This document shows, piece by piece, positions 7,617 to 17,275 of a DNA stretch of 64,000 bases. The position numbers were made by a program, and so were the translations under genes. How positions within the stretch are numbered: the first letter of the stretch is position 1; each line of letters opens with the position of its first letter. Below the pieces are notes generated by a model. That model saw only the letters and a program-made list of their open reading frames with translations. It made no database searches and was not told the origin of the DNA. Source of the stretch: an uncultured Selenomonas sp. (GTDB taxonomy: Bacteria; Bacillota; Negativicutes; Selenomonadales; Selenomonadaceae); contig NZ_CAURXA010000003.1 of NCBI RefSeq assembly GCF_963528755.1, positions 113,030-177,029 on the forward strand, in the 5' to 3' direction.

Positions 7617-7850
7617 TTACTCCGCAGTGAACGGCAAAAGCGCAATGTTGCGCGCGCGCTTGATCGCAAGCGTCACCTGGCGCTGATGCTTCGCGCAGTT
7701 GCCCGAAATGCGGCGCGGCAGGATCTTGCCGCGCTCCGTGATGAAACGGCGCAGCTTCGCGACATCCTTATAGTCGATGACATCCACCTTGTCCACGCAG
7801 AACGTGCAAACCTTGCGGCGCGAACGTCTGCCTCTGTCACGTCTGATCAA
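7617..7850 (-). CDS. rpsR: 30S ribosomal protein S18
   Basis: 77 aa, ..[60 protein letters not shown]. Confidence 0.95.
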   Translation of the reverse strand: MIRRDRGRRSRRKVCTFCVDKVDVIDYKDVAKLRRFITERGKILPRRISGNCAKHQRQVTLAIKRARNIALLPFTAE

Positions 7851-7868
7851 ATCAATTCCCTCCCCTGT

Positions 7869-8306
7869 TTAGAATGGGATCTCCTCATCGGGTATGGAAG
7901 GGCCGAAGGACTCCTGTCCGGCAGGCGGCTGATGGCTCGGCGCACTGCTCTGCATCGGTGTGCCCGGCGCACCCGCGCCCTGCGGACGCGAGCCGGCGAA
8001 CTCGATGTCGTTTGCGACGACTTCCGTCACATAGCGCTTCGAGCCGTCCTGTGCATCGTAGCTTCTCGCCTGCAGACGCCCCTCGACGAGGATGCGGCTG
8101 CCTTTCGTCAGATAGTTACCGCAGAACTCCGCGAGCTTCTCCCATGCGACGATGGAAATGAAGTCTGCCGACGGCTGCTGCCCGTCGTTCGCCTTGCCGA
8201 AGCGGCGGTTCACGGCGAGCGAAAACGAAGCGACCGCCTTGCCGCTCTGCGTGTAGCGCACCTCGGGATCGCGGGCGAGATTTCCGGTCAAAAGCACCTT
8301 GTTCAT
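7869..8306 (-). CDS. ssb: single-stranded DNA-binding protein
   Basis: 145 aa. Starts MNKVLLTGNLARDPEVRYTQSGKAVASFSLAVNR (OB fold). Gly/Pro/Gln-rich linker and acidic DEEIPF tail. Confidence 0.95.
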   Translation of the reverse strand: MNKVLLTGNLARDPEVRYTQSGKAVASFSLAVNRRFGKANDGQQPSADFISIVAWEKLAEFCGNYLTKGSRILVEGRLQARSYDAQDGSKRYVTEVVANDIEFAGSRPQGAGAPGTPMQSSAPSHQPPAGQESFGPSIPDEEIPF

Positions 8307-8324
8307 GGCATTTCCTCCCTCAGC

Positions 8325-8663
8325 TTACTCTGCCTCGCCGGCTTCCGTCTCGGCCTCAGCCTTCTCGCCGGCCGCGATGAGCTCCTCCGCGCGCACGATC
8401 ATGTGCTTCAGAAGATCGTCGGTGATCTTCATGACGCGGTCACACTCCTTCATGCAGGCAGGCTCAGCCGTGACATTGAGCAAGCAGTAGTAGCCGTCCG
8501 TGTAATCCTTGATCTCATACGCCAGACGCTTCTTGCCCCAACGGTCTTCCTTGTCGATCGTGCCGCCGTTCGTCTGAATCAGCTTGACGAACTTCTCAAT
8601 AACAGCGTTCGTCGCTTCCTCCTCCATCGGCTTCACGATAAAGATAACCTCGTATTTTCTCAC
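8325..8663 (-). CDS. rpsF: 30S ribosomal protein S6
   Basis: 112 aa, MRKYEVIFIVKP..WGKKRLAYEIKD..GYY, with an acidic C-terminus. Confidence 0.95.
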   Translation of the reverse strand: MRKYEVIFIVKPMEEEATNAVIEKFVKLIQTNGGTIDKEDRWGKKRLAYEIKDYTDGYYCLLNVTAEPACMKECDRVMKITDDLLKHMIVRAEELIAAGEKAEAETEAGEAE

Positions 8664-8752
8664 AAAAACACCTCCTCTATGGTCTGTGGCTCCCTCGGGA
8701 GCAGGGAAGGCTCAAACTAAAATATTCGAACCAACTGTCCTGTGACTGAATG

Positions 8753-8781
8753 ATTATATCATAAGAAAAGCCTTGGGGCAA
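8753..8781 (-). promoter_or_regulatory. promoter of rpsF-ssb-rpsR
   Basis: Reverse strand reads TTGCCC (8781-8776), 17-nt spacer, then TGaTATAAT (TATAAT 8758-8753). The 90-nt leader contains the GCTCCC-GAG-GGAGC hairpin. Confidence 0.55.
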
Positions 8782-8795
8782 GGAGAAATTCCCAT

Positions 8796-8824
8796 TTGAC
8801 AAAGCGCGGCACCTCCTCTATATT
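8796..8824 (+). promoter_or_regulatory. divergent promoter for the 92-aa / DUF4160 gene pair
   Basis: TTGACA (8796-8801), 17-nt spacer, TATATT (8819-8824). The ORF-track start at 8796 is this -35 box, not a start codon. Confidence 0.55.
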
Positions 8825-8858
8825 TGATGTAGCAGATATTCAGAAGAGGAGGTGCGTC

Positions 8859-9137
8859 ATGAAGCATCATTACAGCACGATCAACGGCATCGTCACAACA
8901 TTTTCCGATATACACCAATCCGCTCAAAAGGGCGAAAGCATCTTGGTCTATATGGAGCGTGCAGCAGAAAACGGCTTTGATACGGCAGAAATCCTGCTGC
9001 CAAGCATCTCGTTCGTAAGCTACAGCGGCTTTAGCGAGGACGAGCGCACCGAGCTGCTCAATTTCGTTCAGCGAAACAGCGCTCTAATCTGGGAGATCGC
9101 ACGCGAGGATGGTGAAATCATTGCCGACGTGGGGTGA
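8859..9137 (+). CDS. hypothetical 92-aa protein, partner of the DUF4160 gene
   Basis: ORF 8796..9137 trimmed to ATG 8859 (AGGAGG 7 nt upstream). I recognise no family. Overlaps the next gene by 29 nt. Confidence 0.6.
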   Translation: MKHHYSTINGIVTTFSDIHQSAQKGESILVYMERAAENGFDTAEILLPSISFVSYSGFSEDERTELLNFVQRNSALIWEIAREDGEIIADVG

Positions 9138-9381
9138 GTTATTCGGTTACCGTCTCTTTTTCTGGTCAAACGAAAATGACGAACCTGTACACATACATGT
9201 TTGTAAAGGTGTACCAACACCAAACGCCACAAAAATTTGGATTCCGCCAACGGGCAATCCCATCGTTGCACATAATCACAGCGGCATTCCGACAAAAGAT
9301 TTGAACCGTCTGCTCAAAGGCATCGCAGCGAACAAAGAGAGCATCGTCTACAGCTGGTACCAGCATTTTGGTCGCTTGTGA
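9109..9381 (+). CDS. DUF4160 domain protein
   Basis: 90 aa. FGYRLFFWSNENDEPVHIHVCKG..ATKIWI....GIPTKDLNRLLKGIAANKESIVYSWYQHF fits the YRFFFYS..EP.HVHV...AKFWL pattern of DUF4160. Confidence 0.7.
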   Translation: MVKSLPTWGELFGYRLFFWSNENDEPVHIHVCKGVPTPNATKIWIPPTGNPIVAHNHSGIPTKDLNRLLKGIAANKESIVYSWYQHFGRL

Positions 9382-9493
9382 GCAATCCAGATACTAAAGA
9401 AATTCCTCCCACCTTTCGATATACTCAATGAAACGGTATATTTTCTCGTGAAGAATCAATGCTATCTTACATTCTCGAAAGGAGCTGGTCATC

Positions 9494-10306
9494 ATGCCAA
9501 CGATATATTCCATGACGCAAGCGAACTACGGCATGTACCGCTTTGCACAGAAGAGCGGCTACTCGCTTTTCGGCGGAATGGGCACTGCGGGCAATTCGCT
9601 TTTTGGAACGCAGTCCTCCCGCGCTTCCAAGGGGCTTTCCTCGCTCTTAAACTCGCAGGGCTTCGGCTCGAACGCCTACGCCCTGATGAACCTCAAGGCG
9701 AACACGCGCGCCGTACTGAAGTCTTACCACGAAGCCTCCGACGGCTTCTACAAAACGTTCGATACGGCGATGAACTCTCTTTCCAAGACATCTGCGGCAC
9801 TGAAGAACACGAACTTCAACGTCACGGGCGCGACCGAAGCGGACACGAAGAAGAACACGGAAGCCGCGATCAAGAACGTCAAAGATTTCGTCTCGGATTA
9901 CAACGACACGATCAAGATGTTCGGCGACTACTCCGACGTCTCAAGTCGTGCTTCGGGCATGGAAAAGCTCTTCGGCGACGCTTCATACAAGGCGGACACC
10001 CTGCGCCAAGTCGGCATAACGGTGAACTCGTCGTCGGGCACGCTCTCCGTCAATGACGCGGCGCTGACGAAGGCGCTCAAGGAAGAGCCGAACCGCGTCG
10101 AGAACATCCTTGGCAAAAACGGCCTTGCGGGTGCGACAGAAAAGAAGGTCGACTTCGCCAAGACGCAGCGTGACAAGATCTTCCCGTCGGCGCAGCAGAT
10201 GCTCGGCCCCAACTACCAGCGCGCGCTCGCCTATACATCGGCAGGCTCCTTGACGAGCATGAATTCCTATGCCAATGTCGGAACGCTGCTGTCGATGTTC
10301 TTCTGA
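9494..10306 (+). CDS. hypothetical protein (Ser/Gly/Asn-rich N-terminus; weak FliD C-terminal-like segment)
   Basis: 270 aa with AAAGGAG RBS and no signal peptide. The segment GITVNSSSGTLSVNDAALTKALKEEPNRVENIL resembles the FliD C-terminal motif. This similarity is weak. Confidence 0.65.
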   Translation: MPTIYSMTQANYGMYRFAQKSGYSLFGGMGTAGNSLFGTQSSRASKGLSSLLNSQGFGSNAYALMNLKANTRAVLKSYHEASDGFYKTFDTAMNSLSKTSAALKNTNFNVTGATEADTKKNTEAAIKNVKDFVSDYNDTIKMFGDYSDVSSRASGMEKLFGDASYKADTLRQVGITVNSSSGTLSVNDAALTKALKEEPNRVENILGKNGLAGATEKKVDFAKTQRDKIFPSAQQMLGPNYQRALAYTSAGSLTSMNSYANVGTLLSMFF

Positions 10307-10332
10307 AGCCTCTCTTAATACAAAACGATACC

Positions 10333-10369
10333 AAAAACGGCCGGAGCTTTTGAGTTCCGACCGTTTTTT
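10333..10369. terminator. bidirectional terminator between convergent genes
   Basis: AAAAACGGCCGGA-loop-TCCGACCGTTTTT (12 of 13 bp), with A/T runs on both sides. Confidence 0.65.
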
Positions 10370-10402
10370 ACTATGAAATTCCAAGAAGTCACGCTTATGC
10401 TG

Positions 10403-11026
10403 TTATTTCATCAGATCTCCTCCTGCGGTTTCGAGAATCTTATCCGACGTGCCCACCATATCGTTCGGCAGCCATACGCCCTTAGAGCTGTCATAGGTGC
10501 ATTCCACCTGGATCGTCTTCGTGCCCTTCGGTTGGAGTCCCTCGATCGCCTTGGCAAAGTTCTTCATAAACGCGTCCATGAGCGTATCCAGCTCAGCATC
10601 TTTCGCAGCGCCCGCCTGCGTCTCTTCCGCAATCTTATCCATATCTATCGAACTTGCGTCGATCGTATCGATCGTCAGTTCGACCTTCGCCTTGTCGTCC
10701 TTCTTTTCCAGCGTCTTTGCCTTCACATTGCATTTTTTCAATGCATTGAGGCAAGCCTCGCCGATCTGCTGCGCTTGATCGTTCGTGAAAAGCCCGCCTG
10801 AAGCAGCCTTAAAGGCCGTGACGAAGGATTTCATGAAGGCACCGCGGACTTCTCCTTCCTTGATGCCGAACTTCTCCATGCCGGCCTTGTCTTCCTGGAG
10901 GAGCGCCTTGCCGAGGGATTCCATGCTGACTTCCGGCTCTTCCTTCTGTCCGCAGCCTGCGATGAGAAGGGTGACGAGAAGGACGCCGAGGAGGGCGGTG
11001 AAGGACTTCCAAACGGATTTTTTCAT
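10403..11026 (-). CDS. putative lipoprotein
   Basis: 207 aa with signal peptide and lipobox MKKSVWKSFTALLGVLLVTLLIAGCGQ. GGAGAA RBS. Confidence 0.75.
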   Translation of the reverse strand: MKKSVWKSFTALLGVLLVTLLIAGCGQKEEPEVSMESLGKALLQEDKAGMEKFGIKEGEVRGAFMKSFVTAFKAASGGLFTNDQAQQIGEACLNALKKCNVKAKTLEKKDDKAKVELTIDTIDASSIDMDKIAEETQAGAAKDAELDTLMDAFMKNFAKAIEGLQPKGTKTIQVECTYDSSKGVWLPNDMVGTSDKILETAGGDLMK

Positions 11027-11050
11027 ATCTTGCGTTCTCCTTTCGTTGAC

Positions 11051-11086
11051 AAAAACATAGCGGGGAAAAGCCTTGCCTTCCCCCGC
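11051..11086 (-). terminator. terminator after gpmI
   Basis: Reverse strand reads GCGGGGGAAGGCAAGGCTTTTCCCCGC followed by TATGTTTTT. Confidence 0.7.
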
Positions 11087-11099
11087 CGCAAAACAAACC

Positions 11100-12632
11100 T
11101 CACTTCATTTCCACGAGGGGTTTGCCCGTCATTTCGGGCGGAATTTCGAGCCCTGCGAGCGTCAAGAGCGTCGGTGCGATATCGCATAGTGCACCGTTAT
11201 GCGCCTTCTTCACGCGGTCGGACACGCATATAAACGGCACGGGATTCGTAGTATGCGCTGTGAAGGGCTGCCCCGTCGCGTGGTCAACCATGCGGTCAGC
11301 GTTGCCGTGATCGGCGATGATGCAAACCTCGCCACCCATCTTCTGCGCCGCTTCGACGAAGCGGCCGACGCAGGCATCGACCGTCTCGACCGCCTTGACG
11401 GCGGCTTCCATGACGCCCGTATGACCGACCATGTCGCCGTTCGCATAGTTCAGAATGATGAAGTCGTACTTGCCCGACTCAATAGCAGCGACGACCTTGT
11501 CTGTGACTTCGAGCGCACTCATCTCGGGCTGCAGATCGTATGTCGCCACCTTCGGCGAGGGCACGAGGATGCGGTCCTCACCCTTGTACGGCTCTTCGAC
11601 GCCGCCGTTGAAGAAGAACGTGACATGCGCGTACTTCTCCGTCTCGGCGATGCGAAGCTGTGTCAAGCCCTTCTGCTCGATGATCGAGCCGAGCGTGTTC
11701 TTGATGCTCTCGGGCGGATAGGCGATTTCAACGTTCATGCCTTCCTCGTACTGCGTCATAGTCGTGAACGCGAGATCAAGCCCTTCGACGCGCGGGAATC
11801 CGTCGAATTTCGTGTCGGTGAAGGCATGCGTGAGTTCTCTCGCGCGGTCGGGGCGGAAGTTGAAGAATATGACGCCGTCACCCTTCTTCATGCCCGCATA
11901 GCCGCCGATGGCGGCAGGAACGACGAACTCATCCGTCACCTTCTCCGCATACGAGGCCTCGATGGCTTCCTTCGCCGTCGCTTTCTTCACGCCGTCTCCC
12001 TTGGCGATGGCGTCATACGCCTTCTCGACGCGCTCCCAGCGCTTGTCGCGATCCATGGCGTAGTAACGTCCCGCGATCGTCGCGATCTCGCCGACGCCGA
12101 TCTCGCGGCATTTCTCTTCGAGTTCGGCAAGATAGCCCGCCGCGCTCGTCGGAGGCACGTCGCGGCCGTCGAGGAAGGCATGCACATAGACCTTCTCGAT
12201 ACCGTTCCGCTTCGCCATTTCAAGAAGCCCGTAGAGGTGCTTTTCGTGGCTGTGCACGCCGCCCGGCGAAACGAGGCCGAGGAGGTGCAGTGCGCCGCCC
12301 GACTTCTTCGCACCCGCGATGGCATGGAGCAGCGCCTTGTTCTCGAAGAACGTACCGTCGGCGATCGCCTTCGTGATGCGCGTGAGCTCCTGGTAGATGA
12401 TGCGTCCTGCGCCGATGTTCGTATGCCCGACCTCGGAGTTGCCCATCTGCCCGTCAGGCAGGCCGACGTACTCACCCGATGCCTGCAGCTGGGCATGCGG
12501 GTATTTTGCCGTGAGGCCGTCCAAGACAGGCGTCTTTCCAACGGCGATGGCGTTCGTCGGGTCTTTCGGGTCGCCGATTCCCCAGCCATCCATGATGATG
12601 AGCGCGACCGGTGCATGTTTCAAAGTTGCCAT
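11100..12632 (-). CDS. gpmI: 2,3-bisphosphoglycerate-independent phosphoglycerate mutase
   Basis: 510 aa, MATLKHAPVALIIMDGWG..NSEVGHTNIGAGRI..IIADHGNAD. Confidence 0.95.
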   Translation of the reverse strand: MATLKHAPVALIIMDGWGIGDPKDPTNAIAVGKTPVLDGLTAKYPHAQLQASGEYVGLPDGQMGNSEVGHTNIGAGRIIYQELTRITKAIADGTFFENKALLHAIAGAKKSGGALHLLGLVSPGGVHSHEKHLYGLLEMAKRNGIEKVYVHAFLDGRDVPPTSAAGYLAELEEKCREIGVGEIATIAGRYYAMDRDKRWERVEKAYDAIAKGDGVKKATAKEAIEASYAEKVTDEFVVPAAIGGYAGMKKGDGVIFFNFRPDRARELTHAFTDTKFDGFPRVEGLDLAFTTMTQYEEGMNVEIAYPPESIKNTLGSIIEQKGLTQLRIAETEKYAHVTFFFNGGVEEPYKGEDRILVPSPKVATYDLQPEMSALEVTDKVVAAIESGKYDFIILNYANGDMVGHTGVMEAAVKAVETVDACVGRFVEAAQKMGGEVCIIADHGNADRMVDHATGQPFTAHTTNPVPFICVSDRVKKAHNGALCDIAPTLLTLAGLEIPPEMTGKPLVEMK

Positions 12633-12750
12633 AGATCTACCCCTTTCCTATGGAGTATGTTGCAAATATTGCAGGAAGCCGCCCATAGAGGCTGCTCCCC
12701 AAAAGGAGCGGCATCGCGTCTGCAGTGCCGCTCAAAAGGTTTCCTTCTCG

Positions 12751-13503
12751 TCAGAACTTCACGATCTCGCTGAAGTCCTTCGCCTTGAGCGACGCGCCGC
12801 CGACAAGAGCGCCGTCGACGTTCGGCTTCTCCATGAGTCCTGCGATCGTTGCGGGCTTGACGCTGCCGCCGTACTGGATGCGGATGGCATCTGCCGCCGC
12901 CTGGTTGAATACCTCGGCAACCGTCGCGCGAATGGCGGCGCAGACTTCCTCCGCCTGCTCAAAGGTCGCCGTCTTGCCCGTGCCGATCGCCCAGATCGGC
13001 TCGTAGGCGATGACGAGATGAGCGACCTCATCGGCAGAGAAGCCGTCGAGTGCCGCCTTGATCTGCTTCGTCACGAAGTCGATGTAGGTGTTCGCCTCGC
13101 GGATTTCAAGTGGTTCTCCGCAGCAGATGATCGGCGTGATGCCCGCCGCATAGGCAGCCTTGGCACGCTTGTTGACACCCTCGTCCGTCTCGCCGAAGTA
13201 CTCGCGGCGTTCGGAGTGGCCGAGCACGCAGTAGTCGACACCGATCTCCTTGAGCATCGCCGTCGAAATCTCGCCCGTATAGGCGCCGCTCTTCTCCCAA
13301 TGTACGTTCTGTGCGCCGATGTGGATGTTCGAGCCTTTGACGGCTTCTGCCACAGCGGCGAGCGCCGTCGCCGTCGGGCAAGCAACGACGTCGACGTCCT
13401 TTGCATCCTTCACGAGCGGCATAAGCTCCTTGACGAGCGCTACACCCTCGGCGATCGTATTGTTCATCTTCCAGTTGCCTGCAATGATGGGCCTTCTTGC
13501 CAT
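12751..13503 (-). CDS. tpiA: triose-phosphate isomerase
   Basis: 250 aa, ..IIAGNWKMN..GAQNV..GAYTGEIS..VLGHSERR..IAYEPIWAIGTG..YGGSV. Confidence 0.95.
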   Translation of the reverse strand: MARRPIIAGNWKMNNTIAEGVALVKELMPLVKDAKDVDVVACPTATALAAVAEAVKGSNIHIGAQNVHWEKSGAYTGEISTAMLKEIGVDYCVLGHSERREYFGETDEGVNKRAKAAYAAGITPIICCGEPLEIREANTYIDFVTKQIKAALDGFSADEVAHLVIAYEPIWAIGTGKTATFEQAEEVCAAIRATVAEVFNQAAADAIRIQYGGSVKPATIAGLMEKPNVDGALVGGASLKAKDFSEIVKF

Positions 13504-13646
13504 AAAATCTTCCTCCTCGTATGGAACATCGGGAGCACGTCAAAGCGACACGCGCTCCCGCAAATCTTCTATCTTCCTCCTGCTTCTTTTGCGGCGAGCA
13601 CGAGCATCCAACTTTGCGGACGCTGTACGCCATCTCGCAGAAGCTC

Positions 13647-14864
13647 TTACTTCTCGGCAATCGCCGCGATGCCCGGCAGAACCTTGCCCTCAAGGAACTC
13701 CAGCGTCGCACCGCCGCCCGTCGAGATGTGCGAAATCTTGTCCGAAAGCCCCGTCTTCTTCAGCGCCGCGATGGAATCGCCGCCGCCGACGATGCTCGTC
13801 GCGCCCGCCTCCGTCGCATCGGCGACGGCTTTCGCGACTGCGAGCGTGCCCTTGGCGAACTCGTCGCACTCGAAGACGCCCATCGGACCATTCCAAATGA
13901 TCGTCTTCGCGCCCTTCAGCGCTTCGACATACGCCTCAGATGTCTTCGGGCCGCTGTCGAGCGCCTGCCAACCGTTCTCCACCTTGTCGACCGCAACGAC
14001 CTTCGTCTTGCCCTCGGAAGCAAACTTCGCCTCGTCAGCGAGCGGGAACATGTTCGCGACGGCGACATCGAGCGGCAGGATGACCTTGACGCCCTTCGCC
14101 TTCGCCTTTTCGAGAAGCTCCTTCGCGAGATCCATCTTGTCCGGCTCGCACAGTGAATCGCCGATCGGCAGCCCCTTGGCCGCATCGAACGTATGCGCCA
14201 TGCCGCCGCCGATGATGATCGTGTCGACCTTCTCGATCATGTTGCTGATGACGCCGATCTTATCCGAGACCTTTGCGCCGCCGATGATAGCGACGAAAGG
14301 ATGCGCGGGTGCTTCGAGCGTCTTGCCGATGTAGTTGATCTCCTTCTCCATGAGGAACCCTGCGACCGTTTCAAGATCAGAAGCGATGCCGACATTCGAG
14401 GCATGAGCGCGGTGCGCGACGCCGAAGGCATCATCAACGGCGACGTCCGCAAGCGAGGCAAGCTGCTTGGCGAAAACGGGATCGTTCTTCTTCTCTTCCT
14501 TGTGATAGCGCAGGTTTTCGAGGAGCAGCACCTCACCAGGCTTCAAGTCCGCAGCCGCCTTCTCGGCCTCAGGCCCTACGCAGTCGGACGCCCACTTCAC
14601 ATCCTTCTTCAGGAGTTCCGAAAGGTGCTTGACGAGATGCTTCGTCGAGAACTTCTCCTCCTTCGCCTCCGTCGGGCGTCCGATGTGGCACGCGAGGATC
14701 AGCGCCGCGCCGCCGTCAAGAAGATAATTGAGCGTCGGCAGCGTGCGCACCATGCGCGTGTCATTCGTGATATTCATCTTGTCATCGAACGGCACATTGT
14801 AATCGACGCGCACGAAGACCTTCTTGCCCTTGACGTCGATGTCCTTAATCGTCTTCTTGTTCAT
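13647..14864 (-). CDS. pgk: phosphoglycerate kinase
   Basis: 405 aa, ..KKVFVRVDYNVP..TNDTR..HIGRP..AIIGGAKVSDKI..GGGMAHTF..WNGPMGVFE..GGGDS. Confidence 0.95.
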   Translation of the reverse strand: MNKKTIKDIDVKGKKVFVRVDYNVPFDDKMNITNDTRMVRTLPTLNYLLDGGAALILACHIGRPTEAKEEKFSTKHLVKHLSELLKKDVKWASDCVGPEAEKAAADLKPGEVLLLENLRYHKEEKKNDPVFAKQLASLADVAVDDAFGVAHRAHASNVGIASDLETVAGFLMEKEINYIGKTLEAPAHPFVAIIGGAKVSDKIGVISNMIEKVDTIIIGGGMAHTFDAAKGLPIGDSLCEPDKMDLAKELLEKAKAKGVKVILPLDVAVANMFPLADEAKFASEGKTKVVAVDKVENGWQALDSGPKTSEAYVEALKGAKTIIWNGPMGVFECDEFAKGTLAVAKAVADATEAGATSIVGGGDSIAALKKTGLSDKISHISTGGGATLEFLEGKVLPGIAAIAEK

Positions 14865-15027
14865 AAAAATCCTCCCATAAAAAGAACAGAGGCCCGGCCC
14901 AAACGCGGCCGGACCTCATGGATCTTGACTCAGCTGATTTTTTCAGAAAGGCGCGCTAGCTTCGCCTCTCCCGTATTTCGCCGACCGCTCTCGCTCTCAG
15001 AAAGCGCTGAATTTATTCGTGCTTTCC

Positions 15028-16041
15028 TTACTTCAGTTCAGCAAAGTACTTGATCGTGCGAACCATCTGGCTCGTGTAGCTGTTCTCGTTGTCGTACCAC
15101 GAAACAACCTGCACCTGCGTGTTGCCGTCACCGATGGGGCTGACCATCGTCTGCGTCGCATCGAAGAGCGAGCCGTAGCGCATGCCGACGATATCGCTGG
15201 AGACGATCTCGTCCTCGTTGTAGCCGTAGGACTCCGTCGCTTCCTTCTTCATCTGCGCGTTGATCTGCTCGACCGTGACCTCACCCTTGACGACAGCGAA
15301 GAGAAGCGTCGTCGAACCCGTAGGAGTCGGGACGCGCTGCGCAGCGCCGATGAGCTTGCCCTTGAGCTCGGGGATGACGAGACCGATCGCCTTCGCCGCG
15401 CCCGTCGAGTTCGGCACAATATTGACGGCAGCGGCGCGGCTGCGGCGCAGATCGCCCTTGCGCTGCGGGCCGTCCAAAGTCATCTGATCGCCCGTGTAGG
15501 CATGGATCGTCGCCATGATGCCGCTCTGGATCGGCGCGAGGTCGTTGAGGCCCTTCGCCATCGGAGCAAGGCAGTTCGTCGTGCAAGAAGCCGCCGAAAT
15601 GATCTTGTCCTCAGGCTTCAGGATCTTGTGGTTGACATTGAAGACGATCGTCGGCAGATCGTTGCCGGCAGGCGCCGAGATGACGACCTTCTTCGCGCCG
15701 GCGGCGAGATGCGCCGAAGCCTTTTCCTTCGAGGTATAGAAGCCCGTGCATTCGAGTACGACGTCGACGTCATGCTTGCCCCAAGGAATCTTCGAGGCAT
15801 CGGCTTCCTTATAGATGTTGATCTTCTTACCGTTGACCGTGATGGAGTCCTCGCCGGCTTCCACCTTGTCCGCGTATTCGTACTTGCCCTGCGTCGAATC
15901 ATACTTCAAGAGGTGCGCGAGCATCTTGGGGTTCGTGAGATCGTTGATGGCTACGACTTCATAGCCCTCTGCATCAAACATCTGACGAAACGCGAGGCGG
16001 CCGATACGTCCGAAACCATTGATCGCTACTTTTACTGCCAT
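15028..16041 (-). CDS. gap: type I glyceraldehyde-3-phosphate dehydrogenase
   Basis: ORF 15028..16101 trimmed to ATG 16041 ([15 protein letters not shown]). Contains the [10 protein letters not shown] catalytic motif. Confidence 0.95.
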   Translation of the reverse strand: MAVKVAINGFGRIGRLAFRQMFDAEGYEVVAINDLTNPKMLAHLLKYDSTQGKYEYADKVEAGEDSITVNGKKINIYKEADASKIPWGKHDVDVVLECTGFYTSKEKASAHLAAGAKKVVISAPAGNDLPTIVFNVNHKILKPEDKIISAASCTTNCLAPMAKGLNDLAPIQSGIMATIHAYTGDQMTLDGPQRKGDLRRSRAAAVNIVPNSTGAAKAIGLVIPELKGKLIGAAQRVPTPTGSTTLLFAVVKGEVTVEQINAQMKKEATESYGYNEDEIVSSDIVGMRYGSLFDATQTMVSPIGDGNTQVQVVSWYDNENSYTSQMVRTIKYFAELK

Positions 16042-16167
16042 TTGTAAAATACCCCCTAGTCCTTCCCCCGGCTTTGCCCGGCGGCGATACAGACGAGGCA
16101 CAGAAAGTTCGTGCGCCGTCTGCGAAACCTTCCGGCAAGGGCAAAAGCCCCTGCCAATTCTTCTTTA

Positions 16168-16197
16168 ATATTACACTAGAACGGGAGCGATTGTCAA
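16168..16197 (-). promoter_or_regulatory. candidate promoter of the gap operon
   Basis: Reverse strand reads TTGACA (16197-16192), 18-nt spacer, TAATAT (16173-16168). Confidence 0.45.
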
Positions 16198-16232
16198 TGA
16201 TATTCTAGGTTAGGAAATATTCTGAGAAGACA

Positions 16233-16261
16233 TTGAAGGCAAAAGAAATATTTGTTATAAT
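16233..16261 (+). promoter_or_regulatory. promoter of the repeat-protein gene
   Basis: TTGAAG (16233-16238), 17-nt spacer, TATAAT (16256-16261). Confidence 0.55.
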
Positions 16262-16336
16262 ATGGGGAGAATATCCTAGGAAGATTCCGTGTGAATCATC
16301 AGCATGACCCGGCAGGGAAGCAGGGAGGAAAGAACG

Positions 16337-17167
16337 ATGAGCATCTCTTCAATTTCAGTCAACCCCTACGGCTCGGCAACGTTCGAGAAGATCAACTTGA
16401 ACCTCGCCGAAGTAGGACGCCAGAAGGCCGCCCAAGGATGGCACGAGGCAAAGGAAGTCTACAAGTCTTCGCCCTTCGGCAACGATACGAAGCTCGGTAC
16501 CTCGAAATTTCAGCAGTCAAACAAGGAAGCAGAGCAGCTTGCCAATCGCTCGATCGCGCAGTCTGCACGCGCGGCGAAGGAGATCTACATGTCCTCGCCC
16601 TTCGGCAATGACACAAAGATCGGCACGTCAAAGTTCCAGCAGTCGAACGAGGAGGCGATCGCCCTCGCCGACCGCTCGATCGCCAGCTCCGCCCGAGCCG
16701 CCAAGGCGTACTACATGGGCTCAATCCTCGGCAACGATACGAAGCTCGGCACGTCGAAGTTCCAGCAGGCAAACGAAGAAGCAGCACAGCTCGCCGACCG
16801 CTCGATTGCAAAGTCGGCACGCGAAGCAAAGGCCGTCTACATGGCCTCGCCCTTCGGCAACGACACGAAAGTCGGCTCATCGAAATTCCAGCAGGCAAAC
16901 GAAGAAGCTTTTGTCCTCGCTCAGCAGTCGGCATCGCGTGCCTCACGCGCCGCGAACGCCGTTTCCAAATCCTCGCCCTTCGGCAACGACACGAAGGTCG
17001 GCTCGTCCGCCTTCCAGCAGGCGAACAAGCGCATCGTCGAGACGGCCGCACGCCATACGCCGTCTGTGCTGCAGCAGGCGAAAGCCGCCTACATACGCCA
17101 GATGCAAAATGCCGCCGAAGCCGCGAAGAACCCCACGCGCAACACAAAGGTCGATGTCGGCGCATAA
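16337..17167 (+). CDS. hypothetical protein built of 4.5 tandem 42-aa repeats
   Basis: ORF 16304..17167 trimmed to ATG 16337 (GGGAGG RBS). The repeat SSPFGNDTK(L/I/V)G(T/S)SKFQQ(S/A)NEEAxxLAxRSIAxSARxAKxxYM runs from 16466 to about 17056 (126-nt period). No signal peptide. Confidence 0.75.
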   Translation: MSISSISVNPYGSATFEKINLNLAEVGRQKAAQGWHEAKEVYKSSPFGNDTKLGTSKFQQSNKEAEQLANRSIAQSARAAKEIYMSSPFGNDTKIGTSKFQQSNEEAIALADRSIASSARAAKAYYMGSILGNDTKLGTSKFQQANEEAAQLADRSIAKSAREAKAVYMASPFGNDTKVGSSKFQQANEEAFVLAQQSASRASRAANAVSKSSPFGNDTKVGSSAFQQANKRIVETAARHTPSVLQQAKAAYIRQMQNAAEAAKNPTRNTKVDVGA

Positions 17168-17196
17168 GCAATGCGCCAATACATACCGAAGCCACG

Positions 17197-17240
17197 AAGA
17201 GAGCCTGCCGCATGTTCGTCATGCGGCAGGCTCTCTTTTG
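17197..17240 (+). terminator. rho-independent terminator
   Basis: AAGAGAGCCTGCCGCATG-loop-CATGCGGCAGGCTCTCTT followed by TTG. Confidence 0.8.
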
Positions 17241-17275
17241 AAGCCCGAGCAACCCGAGCAGGAGGCATTCCCCAG

